Source of the DNA: Hydrurus foetidus
Lineage: Eukaryota
Assembly (NCBI GenBank): GCA_900617105.1
Contig: UYFQ01000001.1
Span: 3,658,001-3,722,000 of the forward strand
Direction: 5' to 3'
Length of the DNA: 64,000 bases
Made by a program: the position numbers and the translations under genes. Each line of letters opens with the position of its first letter. The stretch's first letter is position 1. Below the pieces are notes generated by a model that was not told the origin of the DNA, searched no databases, and worked only from the letters and a program-made list of their open reading frames with translations. Shown here one piece after another: positions 48,172 through 58,316 of the stretch.

Positions 48172-50211
48172 TTGGCCGACGCCAACGCTGTCCCCACCGG
48201 CGTTTTTTCTACCGACCCTTGCGCTGTTGAAAAAGAGTTACGCCACGTGCGCGCACTCATGCAACTTGAGCAAAACGAAGACGCGGCGCAGTTCAAACTC
48301 AAAAATGCCAAGGCCAGCATCGGGGAGCGCCAGCGGCGCGGCTTGACTTGGTACCCCATCACCATCACCAAGGAAGACATCGGCTTTGGCGGCAAAGTGG
48401 TGCTGGAGCTGGAGCGCCCTGCTGGCGAGCAAGGGCTGCACTTGTTTCAGGTGGGCAAGAATGCGTCGCTGTTTAGCAATGCGCCCGGCTACTCAGCTAC
48501 CGACCGACCTGCGCTTAATGGCGTTATTACCAGTGTGCGGCGCAACAAGCTGCTGCTGGCAACCACCAAGGAAGAGCTTCCTGACTGGATAAATGAAGGG
48601 GGCAAGCTGGGCATCGATTTAACCTTCGATGAGGTGAGCTACCGCGAGATGGAGAACGCGCTGAGCGAAGTGATGCGCGCACGTGACAACCGCTTGGCCG
48701 AGCTGCGCGATGTGCTGCTGGGCGCCCGGCAGGCGAGCTTTCGTGCGCACAAGGCCGACGATCTGTTCTACCCCAGCCCACTCAACGACTCGCAGCTGGC
48801 GGCCGTGCGCCACGTGATAACAGCGCAAGACGTGGCCATCATCCACGGCCCGCCCGGCACTGGCAAAACCACCACACTGGTGCAGGCCATCCTGGAAACC
48901 ATCCGGCGTGAGCGGCGTGTGCTGGTGTGCGCACCGTCGAACACGGCCGTGGACCTGCTCACTGAAAAGCTGGCCGAGCGCGGCGTCAACGTCATCCGTA
49001 TGGGTAACCCCAGCCGCGTATCAGACTTGCTGCTGCAGCACACCCTCGATGCGCGCGTGATGGCTCACCCGAGCTACGCCAAGATGCGCGCGATGCGCGA
49101 GACCGCCGCGCAGCACCGCAACACTGCCAGCCAAAGTGCCGACGTGCATGCCCGCCAATTTGGCTTTGAAGGGCGGGAACAGCGCCGGCAGTTAAGAGAC
49201 GAAGCCCGAACGCTTTCGCAAGCAGCCGACGACCTGGAGCGCTTTATCACCGAAGACGTGCTCGACTCGGTGCAGGTTATTACTAGCACGCTGGTGGGTG
49301 CCAGCAACCGCAACATTCGCCACCTGACTTTCGAGACCGTCTTCATCGACGAAGCCGCCCAGGCGCTGGAACCGGGCTGCTGGATTCCGATTGCCAAGGG
49401 CCAGCGCGTGGTGTTGGCGGGCGACCACCACCAGCTACCACCCACTGTGAAAAGCGAAAAAGCTGCAAGAGAAGGCCTGCGCGAAACGCTGTTTGAAAAG
49501 TGCATCAAGCGCCAGCCAGACACGGCCCGCATGCTGACCGTGCAGTACCGCATGCACGAGCAAATCATGGCGTTTAGCTCCGAGCAGTTTTATGGCGGCC
49601 AATTGGAGGCGCACACTAGCGTGCGCCACGTCGATTTGGAAGCGTACGACGAAAGTTTCGCGCCCGACCTGCCTGTGGAATTCATCGACACGGCTGGTCT
49701 AGGCTTTCTTGAAATCACCATTCCCGAAAGCCGCTCCACGGCCAACCCTGAAGAAGCGGATTTACTGCTCAGGCGTCTCGCCGAGCTGCTGGAACGCTAC
49801 GACTCGGCCGCGCACGATCACGACGCGCTCATGTCGCTTTCCATCGGCGTGATTGCCCCCTACCGCGCCCAAATCAATTATTTGAAAGACGCCATCGAAG
49901 AAAACGACGCGCTCAACGGTCTGCAACAGAAGCGCATGCTCAGCGTGGGCACGGTCGATTCGTTTCAGGGCCAAGAGCGCGACATCATTGCTATTTCACT
50001 GACGCGTAGCAACAGCCATGGCGAGATCGGTTTCTTGTCAGACATCCGCCGCATGAACGTGGGCATGACCCGCGCTCGCCGCAAATTACTGCTCGTCGGC
50101 GACTCTTCTACGCTCAGCTCTAATACGTTTTTCAAGGACTTGCTGGCCCACGTGAAGCGCATGGGTGGCTACCGCACCGAACAATCGGCGAACAACGAAA
50201 AATCGCAATGA
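48172..50211 (+). CDS. Upf1/IGHMBP2-like SF1B helicase
   Basis: GPPGTGKT, SNTAVD, DEAAQ, GDHHQL, QYRM, VDSFQG, NVGMTRAR. Confidence 0.9.
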   Translation: MADANAVPTGVFSTDPCAVEKELRHVRALMQLEQNEDAAQFKLKNAKASIGERQRRGLTWYPITITKEDIGFGGKVVLELERPAGEQGLHLFQVGKNASLFSNAPGYSATDRPALNGVITSVRRNKLLLATTKEELPDWINEGGKLGIDLTFDEVSYREMENALSEVMRARDNRLAELRDVLLGARQASFRAHKADDLFYPSPLNDSQLAAVRHVITAQDVAIIHGPPGTGKTTTLVQAILETIRRERRVLVCAPSNTAVDLLTEKLAERGVNVIRMGNPSRVSDLLLQHTLDARVMAHPSYAKMRAMRETAAQHRNTASQSADVHARQFGFEGREQRRQLRDEARTLSQAADDLERFITEDVLDSVQVITSTLVGASNRNIRHLTFETVFIDEAAQALEPGCWIPIAKGQRVVLAGDHHQLPPTVKSEKAAREGLRETLFEKCIKRQPDTARMLTVQYRMHEQIMAFSSEQFYGGQLEAHTSVRHVDLEAYDESFAPDLPVEFIDTAGLGFLEITIPESRSTANPEEADLLLRRLAELLERYDSAAHDHDALMSLSIGVIAPYRAQINYLKDAIEENDALNGLQQKRMLSVGTVDSFQGQERDIIAISLTRSNSHGEIGFLSDIRRMNVGMTRARRKLLLVGDSSTLSSNTFFKDLLAHVKRMGGYRTEQSANNEKSQ

Positions 50212-50251
50212 CACTCAGACTCCAATTTAGCTTTTTTTGCCTATTTATTAG

Positions 50252-50299
50252 GTCTTTAGCCCAATAAATACAGGCGCAAGCAGCTGCGATTTACATAGC
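50252..50299 (-). repeat. 48-bp dyad element copy at the right edge of the accessory block
   Basis: GCTA-tgtaaatcg-CAGC-tgcttgc-GCCT-gtatttatt-GGGC-taaagac. Confidence 0.85.
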
Positions 50300-50327
50300 A
50301 TGTATAGCACTGAAAAACCGCCCGAGT

Positions 50328-51341
50328 TCAGTTCACCTGCAGCTTGAAAGCAGCCCGAATCTCCCCGACCGGGTTGCCACGCGCGTTGCGCAGCGTTTGC
50401 TCGCCCCAAGGTTTGAGGATTTCACGCTGGGCATCGTCCAGCCAGCCGAGTTGCTCTAGCGCCACCACTGCCGCCGTGTACAGCGCGGGCATGTGGCCGC
50501 TGATGACTTTGATCGCAATGCCTTGGCCGCGGCTTTTGCTGGCGATGGTTTGCACGCCGTCTGCCCCGATTTTGGTTAGCCAGTCCCCGCGCCCGGCGCG
50601 CATGAAGTCCAGGTCGTTGCGGCCTGTGCCTGACACCATTTCTGGGTGGGCCACCATCGCGTTGCTCAGCAATTCAAAGTGTTCGCCAAATTCAGCGTCT
50701 TGTGCGCCGCTGGCCAGGCGGGCAAAGCTCAACGCCAGCTTGGACAAGGGAAGGGCGTAGTTGGGGGCTGAGCAGCCGTCTGTGCCAGCAACCAAATCAG
50801 ACTCATCGCACTGCGCAACTGCAGCCACTTGCGTGCGAATCGCCACTTGCAGCGGGTGCGCCATGTCTAAATGGTTTTCAAGCGGCAAGCCGTGCTGCAC
50901 GCAGTGCGCCACAAAGCCGGTGTGTTTGCCGCTGCAGTTGTTGTGGCGCTCGTCGTATTGCAAACCGGCGGGTGCTGGCAGGCCGCCGTAGCTAAACGAC
51001 AGCGGCACGTGGCAGCCGCACTGCAGCGTGCGGTGCGTTTTGCCAATTTTGTGCAGCATGTCGTCCACTTGCGCAACGTGCATGTCCTCTCCGTTGTGGC
51101 TGGCGCACAGCAGGGCAATTTGTGGCGGGGTAAAACCAAAATGCTCAGGCCCGCCGCCTTGCAAAAACGGCAGGGCTTGAAACGGTTTGAGGGTGGAGCG
51201 GGTGAAAGTCAGCGCGTTGGCATCGCCGGCGCTGGCAACCAGTTTTCCGCGCGTGTCGACGACTGCAATCGCACCTGCGTGAACCACCTCGGCCATGGTG
51301 CCGCGCGTGTGTTCGATGAGGGGAATAAATGACGACAACAT
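50328..51341 (-). CDS. L-asparaginase II (Rhizobium AnsA-type)
   Basis: RSTLKPFQ, ASHNGE, NNCSGKH, DGCSAP. Confidence 0.88.
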   Translation of the reverse strand: MLSSFIPLIEHTRGTMAEVVHAGAIAVVDTRGKLVASAGDANALTFTRSTLKPFQALPFLQGGGPEHFGFTPPQIALLCASHNGEDMHVAQVDDMLHKIGKTHRTLQCGCHVPLSFSYGGLPAPAGLQYDERHNNCSGKHTGFVAHCVQHGLPLENHLDMAHPLQVAIRTQVAAVAQCDESDLVAGTDGCSAPNYALPLSKLALSFARLASGAQDAEFGEHFELLSNAMVAHPEMVSGTGRNDLDFMRAGRGDWLTKIGADGVQTIASKSRGQGIAIKVISGHMPALYTAAVVALEQLGWLDDAQREILKPWGEQTLRNARGNPVGEIRAAFKLQVN

Positions 51342-51370
51342 AATTTTTCTGTTCAACGATTAAGTTCAAC

Positions 51371-51607
51371 TCAACGATTAAGGTCAACTTGCGCGCGAAC
51401 AGCGTCTTGCTGCTGGCGTTTGCGTTTGCTCTTGTTGTTTGACGGTGGCCCGGGTGGCGCGTCTTTCAGCGCCTGTGCAGCACGCTGGGCGTTGGTGCGT
51501 TGCTGCTCAGCTTTTTTGCGCTTGCGCAGGTGCATGATGACTCGGCCAATCGCAAAACTGATGGATGCGGTCACAAACAACAGAAAAAGGCTGGTGTTGT
51601 CGATCAT
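51371..51607 (-). CDS. Small membrane protein with basic tail
   Basis: One TM helix; ATGA overlap with hemW stop. Confidence 0.55.
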   Translation of the reverse strand: MIDNTSLFLLFVTASISFAIGRVIMHLRKRKKAEQQRTNAQRAAQALKDAPPGPPSNNKSKRKRQQQDAVRAQVDLNR

Positions 51608-52839
51608 GATTTAGCCTCAGTAGGTCCGGCAGCGTCAGCAGCGTTCGTGGACTCGGGCAAAAATAGCGCTTGCAAGTCGTTTAAAAAATCAAAGCCGCGC
51701 ACCGTGGGTTTGATGTGCGTGAAGCTTCGTTCAATCAAGCCTTTGCGCTCAGCCTCAGCCAGAGCTTTTTCAATTGACGTAAACGGCAATCCGGTGCGGT
51801 CGGCAAAGTCTTGCAGCTTGAAACCGGCTTGCAGGCGCGTGGCATTCAACATAAATTCAAACGGTAAGTCGGCTCGGGTGACTTCGGTGTCTTGCGCCAC
51901 CGCGTTGCCCGCCAATGCTTTGTCCATGTACAGCTTGGGCTCGCGCGCCCTGACTTGCCGCACCACGCGGTGCGCAAAACTCAGCTTGCTGTGCGCGCCC
52001 GCGCCAATGCCCAAATAATCGCCAAACTGCCAGTAATTGGTGTTGTGAAAGCAGCGGTGGCCCGGCAGCGCGTAGGCCGATACTTCATACCGCTCCAGCC
52101 GTTTAGCACTGGTCATGTCGGTGATTTTGTCGAGCATGTCGTAAGCCATGTCTTCTTCAGGCAGCGCTGGCGGGAACTTGGCGAAGTAGGTGTTGGCCTC
52201 AATCGTTAGCTGGTAAATTGAAATATGCGGGGGCTGCAGCGCTAGCGCCTGTTTGATATCTAGCTCCAGGTTTTGTAGCGACTGGCCTGGCAGCGCATAC
52301 ATCAAGTCTAGGTTAAAGGTGTCAAACGCCTGACCTGCCTCTTCAACTGCAGCGATGGCTTGGGCGCGGTCATGCACGCGGCCCAGTGCTTTCAGGTGCG
52401 CGTCATCAAAGCTTTGCACCCCCACCGACAGCCGGGTAACGCCAGCTTGGCGAAAGGCTTTGAAGCGGTCTTTTTCAAACGTGCCGGGGTTGGCTTCAAA
52501 GGTAATTTCGCAATCAGCGTTGAGCTTTAATCGCGCCCGAATATCACCCAGCAGGCGGTCAATAGCCGTGGGTGAAAACAAGCTGGGCGTGCCGCCGCCG
52601 ATGAAAATGCTGTGCACCGTGCGGCCCCAGATCAAGGGCAGCGACGATTCAAGATCCGCCATTAGCGCATCTATGTAGCGTTGCTCGGGCATCTCGCTTG
52701 AAACCTCATGAGAGTTGAAGTCGCAATATGGGCACTTCTTGATGCACCACGGCAAATGCACGTACAGCGACAGCGGCGGCAAGCTTTTAAGCTGCAAGGT
52801 GCCGCTGCGCATGTAGTGTTGAATGTCTTGTTGTGCCAT
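51604..52839 (-). CDS. hemW: Radical SAM heme chaperone HemW
   Basis: YVHLPWCIKKCPYCDF, GGGTPS, HNTNYW; downstream of rdgB. Confidence 0.92.
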   Translation of the reverse strand: MAQQDIQHYMRSGTLQLKSLPPLSLYVHLPWCIKKCPYCDFNSHEVSSEMPEQRYIDALMADLESSLPLIWGRTVHSIFIGGGTPSLFSPTAIDRLLGDIRARLKLNADCEITFEANPGTFEKDRFKAFRQAGVTRLSVGVQSFDDAHLKALGRVHDRAQAIAAVEEAGQAFDTFNLDLMYALPGQSLQNLELDIKQALALQPPHISIYQLTIEANTYFAKFPPALPEEDMAYDMLDKITDMTSAKRLERYEVSAYALPGHRCFHNTNYWQFGDYLGIGAGAHSKLSFAHRVVRQVRAREPKLYMDKALAGNAVAQDTEVTRADLPFEFMLNATRLQAGFKLQDFADRTGLPFTSIEKALAEAERKGLIERSFTHIKPTVRGFDFLNDLQALFLPESTNAADAAGPTEAKS

Positions 52840-52852
52840 TTGTTTCAAGCTG

Positions 52853-53464
52853 CTACCGCGCTGGCAACTGCCATTGCTCACGCATCAGCACCAGCATGCG
52901 CGCTGCGGCTTTGCCCCGGTGGCTGTTGGCGTTTTTTACTTCAACCGGTAGCTGCGCAAATGTTTTTTCAAACTCGGGCAAGTACATTACCGGGTCAAAC
53001 CCAAAGCCATTCGTGCCAATGGGCGCGCGGGTAATGTCTCCCACCACACGGCCGCTTGCAATCAGCGGTTCGGGATCATCAAACGAACGTACTGCCACCA
53101 GCGTGCTGACCAGCGCCGCCCGCCGGTTGTCGATGTTCGCCATTTGCTCTAACAGCGCAATCACGTTGTTGTCATCGCCTTTGGCGTAGCCGTGCAGTGT
53201 GGCGTAAAAAGCAGTGTCAACGCCGGGCAGGCCATTGAAGGCGTCGACACACAGCCCAGCGTCATCGGCCAGCGCGGGCAGGCCGGTAGTACGCGACGCA
53301 TGGCGGGCTTTGGTCAGCGCGTTTTCAACAAAAGTGCGGTAGGGCTCTTCGGCTTCAGACACGCCTAGATCTGACTGGCGAATGAGCGCCACACCCAGCG
53401 GCGCAAATAGCGCCTGGAGCTCGGCGAGTTTGCCGAGGTTATTGGAGGCGAGGACGATTTTCAT
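52853..53464 (-). CDS. rdgB: Non-canonical purine NTP pyrophosphatase
   Basis: ASNNLGK, ADDAGL, GFGFDP, SHRG. Confidence 0.95.
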   Translation of the reverse strand: MKIVLASNNLGKLAELQALFAPLGVALIRQSDLGVSEAEEPYRTFVENALTKARHASRTTGLPALADDAGLCVDAFNGLPGVDTAFYATLHGYAKGDDNNVIALLEQMANIDNRRAALVSTLVAVRSFDDPEPLIASGRVVGDITRAPIGTNGFGFDPVMYLPEFEKTFAQLPVEVKNANSHRGKAAARMLVLMREQWQLPAR

Positions 53465-53514
53465 GCGATTCAATGCTGTTTCAGGCTATTTTTGGCTGTT
53501 TTCAATACCGTTTT

Positions 53515-53564
53515 AGGCCTGTAGCCCAATAAATACGGGCGCGAGCAGCTACTATTTCAATAGT
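53515..53564 (-). repeat. 48-bp dyad element copy overlapping the rph stop codon
   Basis: ACTA-ttgaaatag-TAGC-tgctcgc-GCCC-gtatttatt-GGGC-tacaggcct. Confidence 0.9.
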
Positions 53565-54280
53565 GAAGCCTTCTGCATGGCGACCAGCTCTTGTATGCCA
53601 GCAGCCGCCAGGTCAAGCAGCGCATTCATCTCGGCGCGTGAAAACGCTGCGCCTTCGGCGGTGCCTTGCACTTCAACGAAATGGCCGGCACCCGTCATCA
53701 CTACATTCATATCGGTGCCGCAGGCAGAATCTTCTGTGTATTCCAAGTCGAGCAATGGCGTGCCGTCAACAATGCCGACTGAAATGGCTGCGATGTGGTC
53801 GCTGATCGGGCTTTGGGTTAGCTTGCCTGAGGCAATCAACGTGTTCACCGCATCTTGCGCGGCGACAAAGGCGCCGGTAATGCTGGCGGTGCGCGTGCCG
53901 CCGTCGGCTTGAATCACGTCACAGTCGATGTAAATGGTGCGCTCGCCGAGTTTTTTCAAGTCAAAAACCGCCCGCAATGACCGGCCAATCAGGCGCTGAA
54001 TTTCTTGTGTGCGCCCGCTTTGCTTGCCGCGCGCGGCTTCGCGGTCGCTCCGGGTGTGGGTGGCGCGGGGCAGCATGCCGTACTCAGCAGTTACCCAGCC
54101 TTCGCCGCTGCCTTTTTTGTGGCCGGGCACTTTCTCTTCAATCGAAGCAGTGCACAGCACTTTGGTGCCGCCGCATTCGATCAGCACCGAGCCTTCAGCG
54201 TAAGCGGTGTAGTGACGGGTGATGCGCACATCGCGCAGAGCGTTGGCAGCGCGGTCAGCGATTCTTCTGAATGATCTCAT
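53552..54280 (-). CDS. rph: Ribonuclease PH
   Basis: [34 protein letters not shown]. Confidence 0.97.
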   Translation of the reverse strand: MRSFRRIADRAANALRDVRITRHYTAYAEGSVLIECGGTKVLCTASIEEKVPGHKKGSGEGWVTAEYGMLPRATHTRSDREAARGKQSGRTQEIQRLIGRSLRAVFDLKKLGERTIYIDCDVIQADGGTRTASITGAFVAAQDAVNTLIASGKLTQSPISDHIAAISVGIVDGTPLLDLEYTEDSACGTDMNVVMTGAGHFVEVQGTAEGAAFSRAEMNALLDLAAAGIQELVAMQKASLLK

Positions 54281-54386
54281 AGCAGGGCTTTCTGGCGCGA
54301 AGGCCTTGTAAATTGAAATGGGGTCTGCTCAGCATGGGCTTTGCTAGCCTGTAGCCGACAACGTAAGTGACGGCTGACCCGTGAAG

Positions 54387-55292
54387 CTAGCCGATTTTTC
54401 TGGCAGCTGAGCGGCGAATGGCCTCGTTGATCTCGGCGATAGAGCGCTCAATAGTGGCGTCATCGAGCTCATCAATCACAGTGTCGTAGCCACCCGATTG
54501 AATGGTCGATGCAAATACGCCGTCGTCAATGTCGTCAGTAGACACGCCTCGGGTCGACTCGAATTCATCGGGCGTTTCCCACTCCATGGCCAACACGGTC
54601 ACGTTGTCGCTGCGCTCGCCGCCTATGCGCAGTGCGTTTTCAACCAGGTCGGGCACGGCATCAGAAATGGTTCGGGCGCTCAGCTGGTTCACAATTTCAT
54701 CGTCGGTCAAGCTGCCCCACAGGCCATCCGAGCACAGCAAAATGCGGTCGCCCTGCTGCAAATCAATCGGCCCGGTAATGTCAAACACCGGCTTGGTAGG
54801 CGAGCCGAGGCAGGTAAACAAAATATTGCGATTAACGTGCTCAAGTTTGATGATGCCCGCGCTTTGTTGCTCGGCATACGAATGGTCGCGGGTGCGGGTG
54901 AGCAGCTTGCCGTCACGCGCCACGTAAAGCCGAGAGTCGCCGCAGTGCACCCATGTCGCACAGCCGCCCTGCAGCAGCACCGCAACCAGCGTGGTGCGTG
55001 GGGTGTCCAACATGCCTTTTTCGCTGGCGTAACGAATGATTTGGTGGTGCGCTGCCATTAGCGCGGCTGTCAAGAACTTTTCCGGGTCTGCAATGGCGGG
55101 GCGCGCCTCGCGCTGGTAAAGCGCTGACGTGGCTTGCAAAGCGATTTGCGCCGCAATTTCACCTTCGGGGTGGCCGCCCATGCCATCGGCCAAAACGAAC
55201 AACCCTGACTCGCGGGTGTAGCAGTACCCCATGCGGTCTTCGTTTTTTTCCCGACCACCTTTGCGGCTGACTTGAAAGACTGAAAATTTCAT
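54387..55292 (-). CDS. PP2C family Ser/Thr phosphatase
   Basis: NED, ADGMGGH, GDSR, CSDGL, DNVT. Confidence 0.92.
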   Translation of the reverse strand: MKFSVFQVSRKGGREKNEDRMGYCYTRESGLFVLADGMGGHPEGEIAAQIALQATSALYQREARPAIADPEKFLTAALMAAHHQIIRYASEKGMLDTPRTTLVAVLLQGGCATWVHCGDSRLYVARDGKLLTRTRDHSYAEQQSAGIIKLEHVNRNILFTCLGSPTKPVFDITGPIDLQQGDRILLCSDGLWGSLTDDEIVNQLSARTISDAVPDLVENALRIGGERSDNVTVLAMEWETPDEFESTRGVSTDDIDDGVFASTIQSGGYDTVIDELDDATIERSIAEINEAIRRSAARKIG

Positions 55293-56296
55293 TTGAATTT
55301 GGTTGCCATGGCTGTGGCTTTACGCGCCGTTTTTTTGGTGTCTGACACCATGTTGTCAAATTGCAGCCGCACTTTTTCAGTGACGGTGAGCTTGGTGTAG
55401 CGGCGCTCGCCTTCGCGGCTGAGCTCTTTTTGCAGTGCAAAAACCGATTGCGGCCTGGACAGTGGGTCAAGCGACATGCACCACTCCACCACCTCTATCA
55501 AGTTATCAGAATAAACGCCGCGCAAACGCGACAAAGCCAAAGACAAGCGGTCTTTTTCAAGCCGCTGTGGGGCGTCATTGGGCGGGTAGCCCTGCATCGT
55601 GGCGTAAATACAAGCACCAATGGCGTAAATGTCTGTCCACGGGCCCATCGACGAGTCGCGCCGGTACATTTCAGGCGCGGCAAAGCCGGGGGTGTACATA
55701 GGCCGAATAAAGTTGCCTTCTTTGCTCAGCACCTCGCGCGCAGCGCCGAAGTCGATCAGTACCGCGCGGTTGTCGTCGGTCACAAAAATGTTGGCCGGCT
55801 TGATGTCCAAGTGCAGCATTTTGTGCTGATGCACGATGCGCAAGCCGCGCAAAATTTCGTCAAAAAGGGAACGAATGGTGGACTCGCGAAAGACTTTTTG
55901 CTTTTTTAACTCGCGCGCAGTGATGATGAAATCTTGAAGCGTGCCGCCTTCAAGGTAATTCATCACCATGTAAACGGTTTCGTTTTCACGGAAGAAATTA
56001 AGCACGCTGACTACCGAGCCGTGCGAAATTTGCGCCAGCGAGCGACCTTCTTCAAAAAAACTTTTCAGCCCCAGCCGGTACAAAGACAGTTTGTCGGCAT
56101 GAACCTGCGGCAACAGCTCGCCAGGTGGTCGGCTGGCCAAAGAAGACGGCAAATACTCTTTGATAGCGATTTGCTGGCCTTCGTTGTCAACGGCCAAGTA
56201 AACTACACCAAAGCCGCCAGATGAAATCTTGCGAACAACCCGATAACCACCTATAACGGTGTCGGGCGGCAGGGACGCTGGCTTGACCTTTGACAT
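55289..56296 (-). CDS. Hanks-type Ser/Thr protein kinase
   Basis: GGFGVVY, AIKE, HLDIKPAN, DFG, APE. Confidence 0.93.
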   Translation of the reverse strand: MSKVKPASLPPDTVIGGYRVVRKISSGGFGVVYLAVDNEGQQIAIKEYLPSSLASRPPGELLPQVHADKLSLYRLGLKSFFEEGRSLAQISHGSVVSVLNFFRENETVYMVMNYLEGGTLQDFIITARELKKQKVFRESTIRSLFDEILRGLRIVHQHKMLHLDIKPANIFVTDDNRAVLIDFGAAREVLSKEGNFIRPMYTPGFAAPEMYRRDSSMGPWTDIYAIGACIYATMQGYPPNDAPQRLEKDRLSLALSRLRGVYSDNLIEVVEWCMSLDPLSRPQSVFALQKELSREGERRYTKLTVTEKVRLQFDNMVSDTKKTARKATAMATKFK

Positions 56297-56377
56297 AATT
56301 TGAGAGGTGCGAAGGGTCAGGTCCCTTCAAGTTTCATTTTTCGCCCTGTTTTTACAATAAAAGCGTACTTTTTACCC

Positions 56378-57295
56378 ATGCCAGTTTACAGCATGACGGG
56401 CTACGCAGCCGTCCAGTCCACCAGCGTTGCCCCGACTGATCAAACCGGCGCTACCCCGGATGCAAGCGCACGCATCGGCGTCGAGATTCGGGCGGTCAAC
56501 AGCCGATTTCTTGACTTGGCTTTTCGTCTGCCTGATGAAATGCGCCACGCGGAACCGCTGCTGCGCGAAATACTCACCGCCAAGCTCAAGCGCGGAAAAA
56601 TTGAGATCAGGGTGGCGCTAGACGCCAGCGCCGCCAGCAGCCTTCGCCCGCCTACTGCAGCTACCTTGCAGCGGTTGGGCTCGCTTGAAGACCACATCAA
56701 GTCGTGGCTGCCGCAACTGGTGCCGCTCAGTGTGGTCGACGTGCTTAAACTTTCGGCCATCGACGACAAAAAGCCGCACGACAAGACGGACGACATGCTC
56801 AAGCTGGCCAAAAAAGCGTTGAAAGAGTTGCTGTCTGCCCGGGATCGAGAAGGCACGCGCCTGGTGCAATCGATGCTGGAGCGCACCATTGAACTGCGCA
56901 TGTTGGCACAGCAGGCGACGCCGTTGGTGCCCAAGCTGGTTGAGCAGCAAAAGCAGAGGTTTTTAGAGCGATTCAAAGACGCCATGGCGCTGGCCGATGG
57001 CAAAGCGCTGCCGGAAGTTGCGCAAGACCGCGCGCTGGCTGAAGCCACCGCGTTTGCCATGCGAATCGATGTGTCAGAAGAAATTTCGCGATTGACGTCG
57101 CACCTCGATGAGATTGAACGCCTGCTTGACAGCGGCGGAGAGCTGGGCAAACGCCTTGATTTTTTAACCCAAGAACTGCACCGCGAGGCCAACACGCTGG
57201 GGTCTAAGTCAGCATCGCTAGAGCTGACTCAAATCTCGGTTGAGATGAAAGTGCTCATTGAGCAGGTGCGCGAGCAGGTGCAAAACATCGAATGA
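56378..57295 (+). CDS. yicC: YicC/YloC endoribonuclease
   Basis: SMTGY, VNSRFLD, REANTLGSK, REQVQNIE. Confidence 0.93.
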   Translation: MPVYSMTGYAAVQSTSVAPTDQTGATPDASARIGVEIRAVNSRFLDLAFRLPDEMRHAEPLLREILTAKLKRGKIEIRVALDASAASSLRPPTAATLQRLGSLEDHIKSWLPQLVPLSVVDVLKLSAIDDKKPHDKTDDMLKLAKKALKELLSARDREGTRLVQSMLERTIELRMLAQQATPLVPKLVEQQKQRFLERFKDAMALADGKALPEVAQDRALAEATAFAMRIDVSEEISRLTSHLDEIERLLDSGGELGKRLDFLTQELHREANTLGSKSASLELTQISVEMKVLIEQVREQVQNIE

Positions 57296-57346
57296 CGCCC
57301 CAGGCTAAGGTTTATTCAGTATTAAGAAGGCAGCGCTAGGCAAGTT

Positions 57347-57967
57347 ATGGACTACCCCGGAAATCTGTTTGTAGTAGCCGCGCCCAGCGGTGCCGGCAAA
57401 TCAAGCCTGGTCAAAGCGCTGATGGAAATTGATTCGCGTATTCAGCCAGCGGTGTCGCACACCACGCGCCCACCGCGCGGCCAGGAAAAGCATGGCCGCG
57501 AGTATTTTTTCGTTTCGTCGCAAGAGTTTGACGCGATGGTGCTGCGTGACTCGTTTTTAGAATGGGCGCATGTGCATGGCCATCGCTACGGCACATCGCG
57601 GCAAGCCATTGAAGAGCGAATGGCGCAAGGCGCAGACGTGATTCTGGAAATTGATTTTCAGGGTGCGATCAATATCAAGCGCATATTTACCAATGCAGTG
57701 CTCATTTTTGTCTTGCCACCAAGCTGGGACGAGCTTCGCTCGCGCCTGCAGCGCCGCGGTGAAGACACCGCAGAAGTGATTGAGCTGCGGCTCAAAAATG
57801 CGGCCCTGGAAATGGCGCAAGCCCGAGAATTCGACTTCGTTATAATTAATGAATTGTTTGAACGCGCGGTTTTTGACCTGAAAACCATCGTGCATGCGCA
57901 GCGGCTGAAGTTTGCCGCCCAGCGCACTGCCCGGGCTGAGACCTTTGCAGCCCTTCAAATCCCTTAA
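57347..57967 (+). CDS. gmk: Guanylate kinase
   Basis: [23 protein letters not shown]. Confidence 0.96.
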   Translation: MDYPGNLFVVAAPSGAGKSSLVKALMEIDSRIQPAVSHTTRPPRGQEKHGREYFFVSSQEFDAMVLRDSFLEWAHVHGHRYGTSRQAIEERMAQGADVILEIDFQGAINIKRIFTNAVLIFVLPPSWDELRSRLQRRGEDTAEVIELRLKNAALEMAQAREFDFVIINELFERAVFDLKTIVHAQRLKFAAQRTARAETFAALQIP

Positions 57968-58011
57968 ATTCGCTTAAAACCGTTTAAGTATTGACCTGAC
58001 TGGAGTAACCC

Positions 58012-58215
58012 ATGGCCCGTATCACTGTTGAAGATTGCTTAGAAAAAATTCCCAATCGCTTCCAGCTGGTGTTGGCGGCCACCTACCGTGCCCGTATGTT
58101 GAGCCAAGGCCATGCTGCCAAGATCGAAAGCAAAAACAAGCCTGCGGTAACCGCGCTACGTGAAATTGCTGAAGGCAAAGTTGGCCTGGAAATGCTGAAA
58201 AAAGTACCGGGCTAA
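58012..58215 (+). CDS. rpoZ: RNA polymerase omega subunit
   Basis: [21 protein letters not shown]. Confidence 0.96.
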   Translation: MARITVEDCLEKIPNRFQLVLAATYRARMLSQGHAAKIESKNKPAVTALREIAEGKVGLEMLKKVPG

Positions 58216-58271
58216 GCGGACCAACCCAATTGACTCACCAGCTGAGTCGCTCGGCAGGCTGCCGAGAAATC

Positions 58272-58299
58272 AAAAGCACCGCTAGTCGGTGCTTTTTTT
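58272..58299 (+). terminator. Intrinsic terminator after rpoZ
   Basis: AAAAGCACCG-ctagt-CGGTGCTTTT plus T-tract. Confidence 0.8.
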
Positions 58300-58316
58300 A
58301 TGGTCGGCACAGGCTT

